Source: Eledone cirrhosa (Eukaryota). Taken from it: a DNA stretch of 64,000 nucleotides. Each line of letters starts with the position of its first letter. Within the stretch, counting starts at the first letter, position 1. Location: contig OZ024747.1 in the NCBI GenBank assembly GCA_964016885.1, forward strand, positions 60,698,001 to 60,762,000, read 5' to 3'. The position numbers were made by a program, and so were the translations under genes. Shown one piece after another: positions 38,245 through 50,022 of the stretch. A model generated the notes under the pieces. That model ran no database searches. It was not told the origin of the DNA and saw only the letters and a list, made by a program, of their open reading frames with translations.

Positions 38245-41211
38245 ATGTGTGTCTGTTTATCTATCTATCTATCACCGAGTCACCGTTTTAACTTGGTCGA
38301 TAGATATCGACTAGATTTTCCAACTGTGCCTACCTGGACTTGGAGAAACCACAGTGGTCAATCTAGATCGTACTTAGATAGATTCTTAGTTAGAAGTAAG
38401 GATAGGGACATATTAAGCTGTCCAGAAATGCGCACGGTTGGCTACACGGATCACAAATTAGTGACCTGCGTGGTCAATCTCGAGAAAACACATAGACAGG
38501 GTCCCGGTTACTGGAAACTTAATTTGTCTTTACCGGCAAAAGAGACTTACAGAAACCGGATTAGCAGATTAGTTAAGGAGAGGTTGACGGGTGCAATCGT
38601 CAACAACCGATGGTGGGCATCTCTCAAAAGAGAGATTAGAACAGAATCAATAAGTTATAGCAAGATGTTAGCTGCCAATAGGAATAGAAACGAGAAAGAA
38701 TTAACAGGTAAATTAGAAGAGGCAATCAAGAGCGAAGATGTGGCCAGAGTGCTGGCATCGAGGACGGCCTTGAACCAGTTTTTCGATGCAAAGCATGAAG
38801 GCTGCGTCATTCGAAGTAAAATACGTGCTCTAGGTAATGAGGGGGCCAAAGCCGTTGGATGGGCCCGCGTGACAGAAGCTAAAAGTGGAAATCGATCCAC
38901 CATCCGGTCGTTGCAAGACGAAGATGGACGAGTGATCCGGGAGCCTAAGCAGATGTGCGAGGCCTTTCAAAAGCACTTTGCCCGATTGTTCGGGGGAGGC
39001 GAGGGTCCGGGCCGGGGCGTGGATTTCGGTCCATACCTCGACGGCCTGCCGCGTCTCTCGAACAAAGAGGCGGAGTCCTGCGAGGGACCAATCTCGGCTG
39101 ATGAGATCGGAGATGCGCTGAGCCAATGCAGCAGACGCAAATCTCCAGGTCTCGATGGTATACCTTACGAACTTTATTTAGCAATGCCGGTCTTCTTCTC
39201 CGAACTCCTCGAAGCGGTCTACTGCAATTGGCAGCAGAACGGGAGAATTCCTTGTTCTGTAGCCAAGGGCGTAGTCACGCTGGTGAGGAAGGACGAGAAC
39301 AAGGGGGATAGTATAAATAATTTTCGGCCCATAACCCTGCTAAACACAGAGTTAAAGATTTTGGCCAAGGTGTTAGCAAAGAGGTTGGCGCTTGTCGTGG
39401 GTGGCCTGGTGGGAGATGCGCAGACATGTGCTATCCCATCCAGGTCCATTCACGATAACCTCCACCTCATGCGATACATCATAGAGAGGGTTGGCAACAA
39501 ACCCGGCTTCGGTGGGGCCCTGATCAACTTGGATCAGTCTAAGGCCTTCGATAGGGTCGACCATGGTTACCTGGATGCGGTGCTAGCGGCGGCTGGGTTC
39601 GGTCCTGTTTTCAGAGGCTGGATCACTGCCCTACATAGCAACCACATCTGTTCTAGGATCAAGGTGAACGGCTACCTTTCGAAGCCGTTCGAAATCACAC
39701 GATCCATTCGACAGGGGTGCCCTCTCTCCTCCCTTCTGTACGTATTGACTCTCGAGCCTTTACTGAGGAAGTTGGAGTTGTTGCAGGGTATCCCCCTGGA
39801 ACCAGGATTGAGCAAAGCGGTGTCGGCCTACGCCGATGACGTAACAGTAATGGTATCAACCGACTCGGAGATCGAGGCGATCGGTACCTTACTGGAGGAG
39901 TACGAAAGGTTGTCAGGAGCGAAACTGAACCGGGAAAAATCCATCGGGCTGCAACTCGGAACGTGGAGAGGCAGACCGATGCCTCCCGATGGTGTCGTCG
40001 GACACTGGACGGAGGGCCCGGTAAAGTTGCTTGGGGTCTGGTTTGGATCGGACCTCCAGGTGGAAAAGAACTGGAACGAGGTTACGAACAAGGTGTTTGC
40101 ACTAACCCAGAAATGGGCCAAGTGTAAGCTGTCCCTAAAAGGCCGGGCGGAGGTGGCGAACATTTACATAGCGTCCGTCACTTACTACCGCCTGACTGTC
40201 GTGCCTTGCCCTAAGGAAACACTCACCACCATGGAACGCATGCTCTTCCAATTTCTTTGGAAGAAGCGTCCTCCTATGGTGAGAAGATCCATCTGCTGCC
40301 AACAACCTTCGAAAGGAGGGCTGGGGATGCCGTGGTTGATGATGCGTAGGCACGCATTAAGGCTACGGCACCTACAGGTATTCCTCACTGGTCAACCGGT
40401 GTGGGCTCCGTTCGTGAAACGAGCCTTTCCGAGACTCGTCTCACTCACCGAGCTACAGTCCTGGGTCAAGCAAAGATCCGGAAAACTGGGAGACTGGCAC
40501 ACTGAGTGTGCTCAGGCGCTCAGGGCTCTCTGGCAAGCGGGCCGGGCCATCGGTGGAGAATCCACCTCATCATTCTATAGAGGGCTGGTGGCTAGCAGGG
40601 GCGATGACACCCTTGGAGAGTCGCTGGACATGGAAGAAGACGAACTGGCCAGCCTGTTCGGTAGGACTTTCGGCCCAGGACCAATGGACAACTTCCAGAA
40701 GTCACTGGCCTGGCAGTGCTACCGAGGGGCTCTACCCGTTCGAGAGAGGCTCTACAGACACGGGCGCCCGGGCAGGGATCCCTCAAAAAAGATTTACCCT
40801 AGATGCGTGCGTCACGAAGAAACCGTGGCGCACGCATTGGTGCAATGTCCGGGCGTGGCTGATCTGTGGGGCTACGCCGAACAACTGCTGTCGCGGGTGG
40901 CGCCGATTAAATTGACAGCCGAGTCCGTGATGACAATCAAACCGCCTCCCCTCTTCACAAAGGAAGCAAAGGCGGTTTTTCTGTGCGTAATAGCCATGTT
41001 GAAAGAGGTTGTTTGGTGGACACGATTGAAAGGTCTGAGGTCAGGCAACTTCCTCTCTGGCCATAGTCTGGTCTACTTCTTCCGATATCACTTCGGAAGA
41101 AGGATAAGAATGGAGAGAGAGGTGCTTGGCCACAGGCAGTTTTATGAAAGGTGGGTGATAGTGGCGAGAATGGCTCGTGTAAATGGGCCTTCTCTGTATA
41201 CCATCCTGTAG
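38245..41211 (+). CDS. Tx1/L1-clade non-LTR retrotransposon ORF2 (C-terminal part of the APE endonuclease, reverse transcriptase, CCHC region); 5'-truncated, with the ATG in flanking DNA
   Basis: APE motifs WTW..SYLDRFLV..TDHKLV; RT motifs KSPGLDG, FRPITLLNTELKILAK, LDQSKAFDRVDH, IRQGCPLS, AYADD and KLLGV; GGLG; C-terminal (Y)PRC...ETVAHALVQC. No stop codon over 988 codons. Confidence 0.9.
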   Translation: MCVCLSIYLSPSHRFNLVDRYRLDFPTVPTWTWRNHSGQSRSYLDRFLVRSKDRDILSCPEMRTVGYTDHKLVTCVVNLEKTHRQGPGYWKLNLSLPAKETYRNRISRLVKERLTGAIVNNRWWASLKREIRTESISYSKMLAANRNRNEKELTGKLEEAIKSEDVARVLASRTALNQFFDAKHEGCVIRSKIRALGNEGAKAVGWARVTEAKSGNRSTIRSLQDEDGRVIREPKQMCEAFQKHFARLFGGGEGPGRGVDFGPYLDGLPRLSNKEAESCEGPISADEIGDALSQCSRRKSPGLDGIPYELYLAMPVFFSELLEAVYCNWQQNGRIPCSVAKGVVTLVRKDENKGDSINNFRPITLLNTELKILAKVLAKRLALVVGGLVGDAQTCAIPSRSIHDNLHLMRYIIERVGNKPGFGGALINLDQSKAFDRVDHGYLDAVLAAAGFGPVFRGWITALHSNHICSRIKVNGYLSKPFEITRSIRQGCPLSSLLYVLTLEPLLRKLELLQGIPLEPGLSKAVSAYADDVTVMVSTDSEIEAIGTLLEEYERLSGAKLNREKSIGLQLGTWRGRPMPPDGVVGHWTEGPVKLLGVWFGSDLQVEKNWNEVTNKVFALTQKWAKCKLSLKGRAEVANIYIASVTYYRLTVVPCPKETLTTMERMLFQFLWKKRPPMVRRSICCQQPSKGGLGMPWLMMRRHALRLRHLQVFLTGQPVWAPFVKRAFPRLVSLTELQSWVKQRSGKLGDWHTECAQALRALWQAGRAIGGESTSSFYRGLVASRGDDTLGESLDMEEDELASLFGRTFGPGPMDNFQKSLAWQCYRGALPVRERLYRHGRPGRDPSKKIYPRCVRHEETVAHALVQCPGVADLWGYAEQLLSRVAPIKLTAESVMTIKPPPLFTKEAKAVFLCVIAMLKEVVWWTRLKGLRSGNFLSGHSLVYFFRYHFGRRIRMEREVLGHRQFYERWVIVARMARVNGPSLYTIL

Positions 41212-41425
41212 GTAAAGAAGTAAAGGAGAGGGGAGCACCTTCTCCATGTGCTCCCCGGGCAAAGGATTGCACACTTTTTCGGGGGTGTGTGCAACCCCCA
41301 TCACGTCCCCTCCCTTTTGAGGTTATTTTCGATTATTTTCATGTTACACCCTTTTTACTCGATTATATGTAAACTCCCCCTTTGTATTTGTCCCTTCTTT
41401 TTATGCCTTTATGGTAAATAAAGAA
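38282..41425 (+). mobile_element. Tx1-clade LINE copy 1 with 19-bp TSD
   Basis: ATCTATCTATCACCGAGTC at 38263-38281 and 41426-41444. The 3' end is AATAAAGAA with no poly(A). Confidence 0.9.
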
Positions 41426-41436
41426 ATCTATCTATC

Positions 41437-41963
41437 ACCGAGTCCATTGTCATGATCAAACCGCCACCCTCCTTCAAAAACGAAGGAGAGGCGGTTTTCC
41501 TTTGTGTGATAGCTATGGCGAAAGAGGTTGTATGGTGGACAAGGTTGAAAGGGCTGAGGTCAGACACCTTTCTCTCCGGCCAACAACTGATTCTTTTTTT
41601 CAAATACCACTTTGGAAGAAGAATCAGGATGGAGAGAGAGGTGCTGTACCCCGGCAAGTTTTATGAAAGGTGGGTGAAAGTGGCGAGAATGGCCCGAGTG
41701 AATGGGCCTTCTCTCTATATCAGCCTGTAGGTTGAGGAAAAGGAGAGGAAGGGAGTACAAACTCTTCGTACTCCTGGAGATGAGGGTTGCACATTTTTTT
41801 TCGGGGGTATGTGTTACCCATATAAACTGTCACCCTCTATTGGGGAAAATCGACTAACTTTTTAAATTCCATCTGTGATAACATTTTACACGTTTTTATT
41901 GTATGTAAACTTCCCCCTTTGTATTTGTCCCCTTTTTTTGTGCCCCTGTGGCTAATAAAGAAA
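41437..41963 (+). mobile_element. Tx1-clade LINE copy 2 (3' end)
   Basis: IKPPP...AVFLCVIAMAKEVVWWTRLKG...RVNGPSLY* plus a 3' UTR ending AATAAAGAAA, then (ATCT)n. Confidence 0.9.
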
Positions 41964-41983
41964 TATATCTATCTATCTATTTC

Positions 41984-42959
41984 GAGGAAAATGGGCGACT
42001 GGCTCATCGAATGTGCTCAGGCGCTCACAGCCCTCTGGCAGGCGGACCCGGCGATCAGTGGAGACTCCACTTCGTCATTCTATAGAGGGTTGATCCGCAG
42101 CAAGTGCGACGACGCGCTCGAAGAAACTCTAGGCGTGGAGGAAGATGAACTGGCCAGTCTGTTCAGTAGGACCTTCCGCCCGGGACCGATGGACAACTTC
42201 CAAAAGTCCCTGGCCTGGCAGTGCTACTGAAGAGCTCTACCAGTTCGAGACAAGCTCTACAGACATGGGCGCCCGGGCAGGGACCCTTTGAAAAAGATCT
42301 GTCCGAGATGCGTGCGAGATGAAGAAACCGTCGCGCACGCATTCATACACTGCCCGGCCGTTACCGACCTGTGAGGCTATGTAGAACGGCTATTGTCGCG
42401 GGTGGGACCAATCCAGTTGACCACCAAGTCCATTGTCATCATCAAACTGCCCCCCCCCCTCCTTCAAAAACGAAGGAGAGGCGGTTTTCCTTTGTGTGAT
42501 AGCTATGGCGAAAGAGGTTGTATGGTGGACGAGGTTAAAAGGGCTGCGGTCAGACACCTTTCTCTCCAGCCAACAACTGATTCTTTTTTTCAAATACCAC
42601 TTTGGAAGAAGAGTCAGGATGGAGAGAGAGGTGCTGTACCCCAGCAAGTTTTATGAAAGGTGGGTGAAAGTGGCGAGAATGGCCTGAGTGAATGGACCTT
42701 CTCTCTATATCAGCCTGTAGGTTGAGGAAAAAGAGGAAGAGAGGAAAGGGGTGCAAACTCTTCGTACTCCTGGAGATGAGGGTTGCACATTTTTTCAGGT
42801 GTATGTGCTACCCATATGAACTGTCTCCCCCTATTGGGGAAAATCGATTAACTTTTAATTTACAATTGTGATAACATTTTACACGTTTTTATTGTATGTA
42901 AACTCCCCCCTTTGTAATTGTCCCCTTCTTTTGTGCCCCTGTGGCAAATAAAGAAACAA
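41984..42959 (+). mobile_element. Tx1-clade LINE copy 3 (3' 1 kb, with stops and a frameshift) with 17-bp TSD
   Basis: Homologous to 40480-41425. ATCTATCTATCTATTTC at 41967-41983 and 42960-42976. Confidence 0.9.
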
Positions 42960-42972
42960 ATCTATCTATCTA

Positions 42973-43369
42973 TTTCTCTCCGGACAACAATTGATTCACT
43001 TCTTTAAGTATCACTTTAGAAGGAGAATCAGAGTGGAGAGAGAGGCACTGCACCCCAGTAAATTTACTGAAAAGTGGGTGAATGAAGCGAAAATGGCCTC
43101 AGTGATTGGGCCTTCTCTGTTTTAAAGCCTGTAGGTTAAAGAAGAGAGCAAAAGGAAGAAGGGAACACTTGCACAACACGTTCCTGAAGTTGAGGGTTGT
43201 TCTATCGACGGGGTATTAAACAACCCATTTGTGGCGCTTCCCCCCTATTGGGGATTTCGATTGTTGTAATTGTTTGTTTCAATATTTTTACTCGACTGTA
43301 TGTAAAATTCCCGGCATGTGTCTTTGTATTGTCCCCTTTTCTTGTGCGCCCTTGTGGCAAATAAAGAAA
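42973..43369 (+). mobile_element. Tx1-clade LINE copy 4 (3' end)
   Basis: FLSGQQLIHFFKYHF..RIRVERE remnant and a 3' UTR ending AATAAAGAAA, then ATATCTATCT. Confidence 0.85.
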
Positions 43370-43549
43370 TATATCTATCTGTATTCACAGCCATCAGGTG
43401 TAGACAAGCAAGATTATGATGTCAAAGATAAAAACATTTGCAGGAAATTTTGGGGGTGATGTAAAAGTTGATTTCATGGACCCCAGTATTGGCGGAGAGA
43501 GAGAGGGAGAGAAGATGATAAATATAATGTTTTGGGTGAATGACAATAG

Positions 43550-44160
43550 GTGTATGTGTGTGGTTGTGGTGTGTGTGTGGTGGTGGTGGTGGTGGTTGTG
43601 TGTGTGTGTGGTGGTGGTGGTGTCTGTAGTGGGGGTTTGTGTGTGGTGAGTGTGTGTGGTGAGCAAGTGTGGTGGTGGTGGTGGTGGTGGTGGTGTGTGG
43701 TGGTAGTGAGTGTGGTGGTGGTGGTGTGTATGTGGTGGTGGTCGTGATGTATGTAGTGGTGAGGGTGGTGTGTGTGGTGGTGTGTATGTGGTGGGGGTGG
43801 TGTGCGTGGTGTGTGGTGGTGGTGGTGGTAGTGGTGGTGGGTGAGTGTGGTGGTGGTTGTGTGGTGGTGGTGTATGTGGTGGTGTGTGTGTGGTGGTGGT
43901 GTGTGTGTGTGGTGGTGGTGGTGATGTATGTAGTGGTGGTGGTGTATGTGGTGGTGTGTGTGTGGTGGTGGTGTGTGTGTGTGGTGGTGGTGATGTATGT
44001 AGTGGTGGTGGTGTATGTGGTGGTGTATGTGGTGGTGTGTGTCTGGTGGTGGTGTGTGTGTGTGGTGGTGGTGATGTATGTAGTGGTGGTGGTGTATGTG
44101 GTGGTGTGTGTGTGGTGGTGGTGAGTGTGTGTGTGTGGTGGTGGTGGTGGTGGTGAGTGT
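43550..44160. repeat. (GGT)n/(GT)n compound repeat
   Basis: Directly visible. Confidence 0.9.
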
Positions 44161-44636
44161 ATGTCAGTAAGCAGGATGTCATAAGTTTTCCTAATTCCTC
44201 ATCACAGAAATTTGCCCAGAATTTAACCATGAATTGTCTGTAATTTTGAAATGAGTTAATGTTAGGACAGCTTCTAGTTTTCACATAAATAATCTAGTGT
44301 TTCTGTCTGCTATATATCTATTTGTCTATAAAACTATGTGTATTAATCTATAGACCCCATGGGACAGTATCTAAGCAGTTTATAAAATATTGCAACTGAA
44401 AATGCAAAAATAAAATTTATGTAAATAAATATTTATGCATAACAATGTTTTAAGTGATTAGACTGTGGCCATGCTAGGGCTCTGCTTTCTAGAGAATTTA
44501 GTCAACCATATTGATCTTAGTGGTTACTTTTTCAAATCTTGTACTTATTTTATCGATTCCTTGCTGTTGAACTGCTAAGTTACAGTGAATAAACAAATAA
44601 TAAACATAGACAAAGGACACACACACATATATATAT

Positions 44637-44773
44637 ATAACGAAGGAAATGTGGTAAGGAACCAGATGGACCATAACGCACCAAAGTACTCAATACTTAG
44701 GGTAGTAGAGTGGGTAATAGTCCAGAATTAGCCGTCGAAACGGCTTGAGCTCAGCCGTCTGGGTCCTACTCGT

Positions 44774-44780
<7 letters not shown>
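44637..44780 (+). mobile_element. PLE-type fragment, family 3, with the 3' half of a hammerhead
   Basis: GAAA-CGGCT-TGAGCTC-AGCCG-TC-TGGGTCC, flanked by (TA)n. Confidence 0.5.
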
Positions 44781-45170
<390 letters not shown>

Positions 45171-45348
45171 CATCATCATCATCGTTTAACGTGGAAGATG
45201 GACGTTAAACGATGATGATGATGATGATATACATAAAAATAAATAACCGTGGTGTCCTACACGAGTGAAAGTATAAAGAAAAAAAGATGAAATCGAAAAT
45301 GCAACTGGAGTCTTATTTTTTAAAAAAATATATATATTTATTTGGTTC

Positions 45349-45384
45349 CTTTACCGGTTTCGCAGTTCTTCTGCTTTTCAAAAG
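45349..45384 (-). ncRNA. Minimal hammerhead motif, U3-A8 variant
   Basis: Reverse complement reads CTT-TTGAAAA-GCAG-AAGAA-CTGC-GAAA-CCGG-TA-AAG, with palindromic stem III ACCGGT. Confidence 0.55.
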
Positions 45385-46762
45385 TAGAGTTGAGATGGAG
45401 GGTCTGTGTTTTTTCTCACATATAGGTTTGTTGGTTCTCATATATAGGTTTGTTGGTTCACCACTGGATAGAACTGGTCATTCTGTATGGTCACCGGTCT
45501 TCGTTTGTGTTGTTGGTGGTGCGAGTATGGAGTTAATTATTATAAAATAACAGGGGCTGGACTGGTGTAATTCCTTAAAGGTTTATTACACTATGAACCT
45601 TTCAATGACCGGGTTCAGTATGAATCCGGTGACATCATCAGGTATTGGAAATTTAAGAAAGGAATATAATCCATGGGGCTGAAAAGGCAGAGAGACAAGA
45701 AGGCGGCCACACATTTAGCAGTTTCTAGTTCGGTCAGCCGCCTTTAAGTGTTATAATATATATAAGGAGTTGGGGCCTGTCAGACGAGCTCTTGTTGTTT
45801 CAACAGCTAGTTCCATACTGGAACTAGCTGTTGAAATGGCAAGAGCTCAGCCATGGGTCCCTCGACTCTTTCTAATATAGTCAGATTTATAGAGTTCTAG
45901 CTGTGTCAGAGATCTATTATTTTACCTGTGACAAAGTCTGGGTACGGGGGAAGGGGCTCAAAAGGGGGTAGGGTGAAAGAGATATAGTTTTATAGTTCAT
46001 AAACTCCCTCACATACATACACACATACACACACACACATACATACATACACACACGCTCACATACATACATACATACACACACTTTCACACACACATAC
46101 GCATGCGCACGTACAAACCCTCCCACACACTCACTCATCCATACCCACACGCCCAACACATTCCCACACACACACACACATACCCCCACACACATATCCC
46201 CCAACGACACCCACCCACACACACATACCCCCACACACATATCCCCAACGACACCCACCCACACACACACACATACCCCCCACCCACCCCACACACATAC
46301 CCCCATACACACACATGTCCCCACCCCCGCACACATACCCCCCCATACACACACATGTCCCCACACACACTCACACACATAAATCCACACACACACATGC
46401 ACCCCACACATACCCCCCACCGACTCCAACACACATATCAACCCCTACCACACACACACACTCAGACACATCCCCCCCCACCAATACCCCCTCACATACA
46501 CATATCAAACCCCACCCCCACACCCCACCCACCCACATACACCCCACCACCACCACACATACACACATACCCCCTCCCCCCACCACTGCCACACAAATAT
46601 ACCCCCCCACACACACACCCACACACTCCCACCAGCCCCACACATACACCCCCCCCACCACCACCACACTAGAGATATGTGCGTCCTTACCTACAGTTGC
46701 TTTGGAGACATTACCAATATATATATATATCTATATATCTATATATATATATATATATATAA

Positions 46763-46811
<49 letters not shown>

Positions 46812-46834
46812 CCAATATATATATATATATATAA

Positions 46835-46883
<49 letters not shown>

Positions 46884-48799
46884 CCAATATATATATATAT
46901 ATATATATATTGGTTTCGACATCCATTAAATATACTTCCCCAACCTTCTCCTTCTCCTCCTCCGCCTATTGGTGTGGGGTGGGAGTGTGGGGGGGTGAGG
47001 GGGGAGTCAAATGCAACCACACTGCACCCCCACCACCCGACCACGCCACCCCCTCCCCCTCTAGCCTTCTACCTTCTTTGCACTCTCATGTATATGTGAT
47101 GTTATCAGCAACTTTATACTGTTGCTATGGAAATGTGTGTGTGTGTGTGTGTGTGTGAGTGTGTGAGTGTATGTATGTGTGTGTGTGTGCATATGTATGT
47201 GTGTGTGTGAGTGTATGTATGTGTGTGTGTGCATGTGTGTGTGTGTGTGAGTATGTATGTGTGTGTGTGAATATGTATGTGTGTGTGAGTGTGTGTATGT
47301 GTATGTATATGTGTGTGAATATGTATATCTGTGTGTGTATGTGTGAGTGCATATGTATGTGCATATGTATGTCTATGTGTGTATGTGTTTGTGTGTATGT
47401 ATGTCTATGTGTGTGTGTTTGTGTGTCTATGTGTGTGTGTTTGTGTGGGTGTCTGTGTATGTCTGTCTATGTGTCTCTGTGTGTGTGTATGTCTGTCTGT
47501 GTGTCTGCATGTGTGTGTGTGTGTGTCTGTCTGTGTGTGTATGTGTGTGTGTGTGTGTGTGTGTATGCCTGTGTGTGTGTCTCTGTGACTGTGTGTGTGT
47601 GTGTGTGTGTATGTGTGCATGTCATGTGTGTTTGAGTAATTGGCCAAACACAATTTAAGCCATACAGATATATTGTAGTGAGAGAGAGAGTGTGAGAGAG
47701 AGAGGGTGTGTGAGAGGGTGTGTGAGAGAGGGGGAAGGAGGGAGGTAATGAGGGGGAGGGCTTCAACAAAAGCCAGATGTTAAATGGAGCAACAAGCATG
47801 AACATTATCCAAGACCTGGTCTCTACTTTGTCCACCCTCCACAACCTCTCTCTACCTTCTTTTTCTTCTCCCTCTCTTCTCTCTGTCCCCTCTCTCTCTC
47901 TCTTCTGCCTCTCTCTCTTCTCTCTGTCCCCTCGCTCTCTTCTCCCTCCCTCTCTTCTCCCTCTCTTCTCCCTCCCTCTCTTCTCCCTCTCTTCTCCCTC
48001 TCTTCTCCCTCCCTCTCTTCTCCCTCTCTTCTCCCTCCGTCTCTTTTCCCTCTCTTCTCCCTCCCTCCCTTCTCCCTCTCTTCTCCCTCCCTCCCTTCTC
48101 CCTTTCTTCTCTCTCCCTCTCTCTCTTCTCCCTCCCCAGCTTCTCTCCTTGCTCTTCTCCCTCCCTTTCTCTGCCTCCTCCCTCCCTCTCTCTGCCTCCT
48201 CCCTCTCTTGTTCTGCCGCCTCCCTCTCTTACTCTTTATATCTTCTTTTCCTTCAACATCTCTACTTACTCTTGTCCCTTTCTTTCTTTGACCCTTTCTC
48301 TTTCCCTGTCCCTTTCTCTTTCTCTCAATACCTTCCCCCTCAACATGCCCTCTCTTTCTCTGTCTCCTTCTCTCTATACTTTCTTCTCCGTCAACCATTC
48401 TCTCCTCTCTCTTTCATTGTATGTCACCTCCAACCCTAACTCCACCCAATCTCCCCCCCCCCTCCCCCCACCACTCTCTTCAGGAGATTTCAGTAAAATT
48501 ATTAGGTTTCTCATAACCAGTTCCCTAAAGACTGACATGCCAGAGCTAGTGCTAAAATACTCCCCTCTTCTCTCCCCCTTTCCACCTCCCATCCACCCAC
48601 TAGATTTTTGTTCTGCCAATGGAGATTCCTGAATGTGAACTGTCTAACTCAATCAATCTTTGTTCAATAATATAAACACAGCAACATCAGTAAAAGACTT
48701 TACATACAATCAGTAGTTTCATAATAGTGGTAGTCTGCAACTAGTCAGGAGGCTGGCCACCATCAGTTCTGCTGCTCTACAGCATATTCTCTACAGAAT

Positions 48800-49280
48800 A
48801 GAGGTGTGTATGGATGCATATACAGATAAAGTCAGCTCGAAAGTGACACAGAGAGGAGACTGAGGTTAGCTGGACATGCTTACCCGACATTCAGAGCTGA
48901 CATTGCACTCAGTGGTCCTGTGGTTGTCCCTACATGGACAGATTGGAAAAAGAGGGAAACTGAGGGTGACATATGTTGGTGCCCCCAATGAGAGACACTG
49001 GTCTCCAGGAGATGTGGGACATAGCGGCGATGATGAAGGACAGAGACTGCTGGAGTGGAGAGGTTAGTTGGATATGCTCATTGATATTCAGAGTTGACAT
49101 TGTGCTCAGGAGTCCTGTGGGAGCCCTTACACAGACACGCTGGAAAGAGGGAGACCAAACCAAGGATGACATATGTTGATGCCTTAAGGACAGACAATGG
49201 TGTCTGGGAGACATGGGACATAGTGGTGAAGATGGACAGAGACAGGTGGGGAGAACTCATCCATGGATCTTGGGAATTTT
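48800..49280 (+). mobile_element. Degenerate RTE-like LINE 3' fragments (two in tandem)
   Basis: RRLRLAGHAYRHSEL...VVLWLSLHG...RGKLRVTYV, followed by VLWEPLHRHAGKRETKPRMTYVDALRTDNG...MDRDRW. Confidence 0.55.
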
Positions 49281-49379
49281 ACCTGTCTCAAAAACAAGAT
49301 ACATATCTTCAGATCTCAACAACAACCCCCTTGCCTATATCTCCTCTTCCCCCCACTCCAGTTCCCTTCAATAACACCC

Positions 49380-49870
49380 TCTACCCCTCCGACTCCTCCA
49401 GTTCTCTACAACAACCCAGTTTCTTTCTATGTGTCCCTTCCTCCTCCTACTCCTCCAGTTCTCTACAACAACCCCCTTTCTTTCTATCTTCCCCCTCCTC
49501 CTCCTACTCCTCCACTTCTCTACAACAACCCCCTTTCTTTCTATCTTCCCCCTCCTCCTCCTACTCCTCCACTTCTCTACAACAACCCCCTTTCTATCTC
49601 CCCCTCCTCCTCCTACTCCTCCACTTCTCTACAACAACCCCCTTTCTTTCTATCTTCCCCCTCCTCCTCCTACTCCTCCACTTCTCTACAACAACCCCCT
49701 TTCTATCTCCCCCTCCTCCTCCTACTCCTCCACTTCTCTACAACAACCCCCTTTCTTTCTATCTTCCCCCTCCTCCTCCTACTCCTCCACTTCTCTACAA
49801 CAACCCCCTTTCTATCTCCCCCTCCTCCTCCTACTCCTCCACTTCTCTACAACAACCCCCTTTCTATCTC
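49380..49870. repeat. Pyrimidine-rich minisatellite of about 50-57 bp
   Basis: Units of ctcctcctactcctccacttctctacaacaaccccctttc(tttc)tatct. Confidence 0.9.
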
Positions 49871-50022
49871 CCCCCTCCCCTTCTGTCTCTTCCTTCCTTC
49901 ATCTCTGCTGTTATTTCTCTTCTCATTGCCAGAGTGGTGGGAGGAGGAGGAAGAGAAACAGGGAGAGGAGGAGATTGGGTTCCAGTTAAATTAATTAGCT
50001 TATCACTGATTAGGTTTATAAT

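Noticed and set aside
38655-41372. Short overlapping ORFs within the LINE
   Set aside because: Alternative-frame by-products of the GC-rich ORF2.
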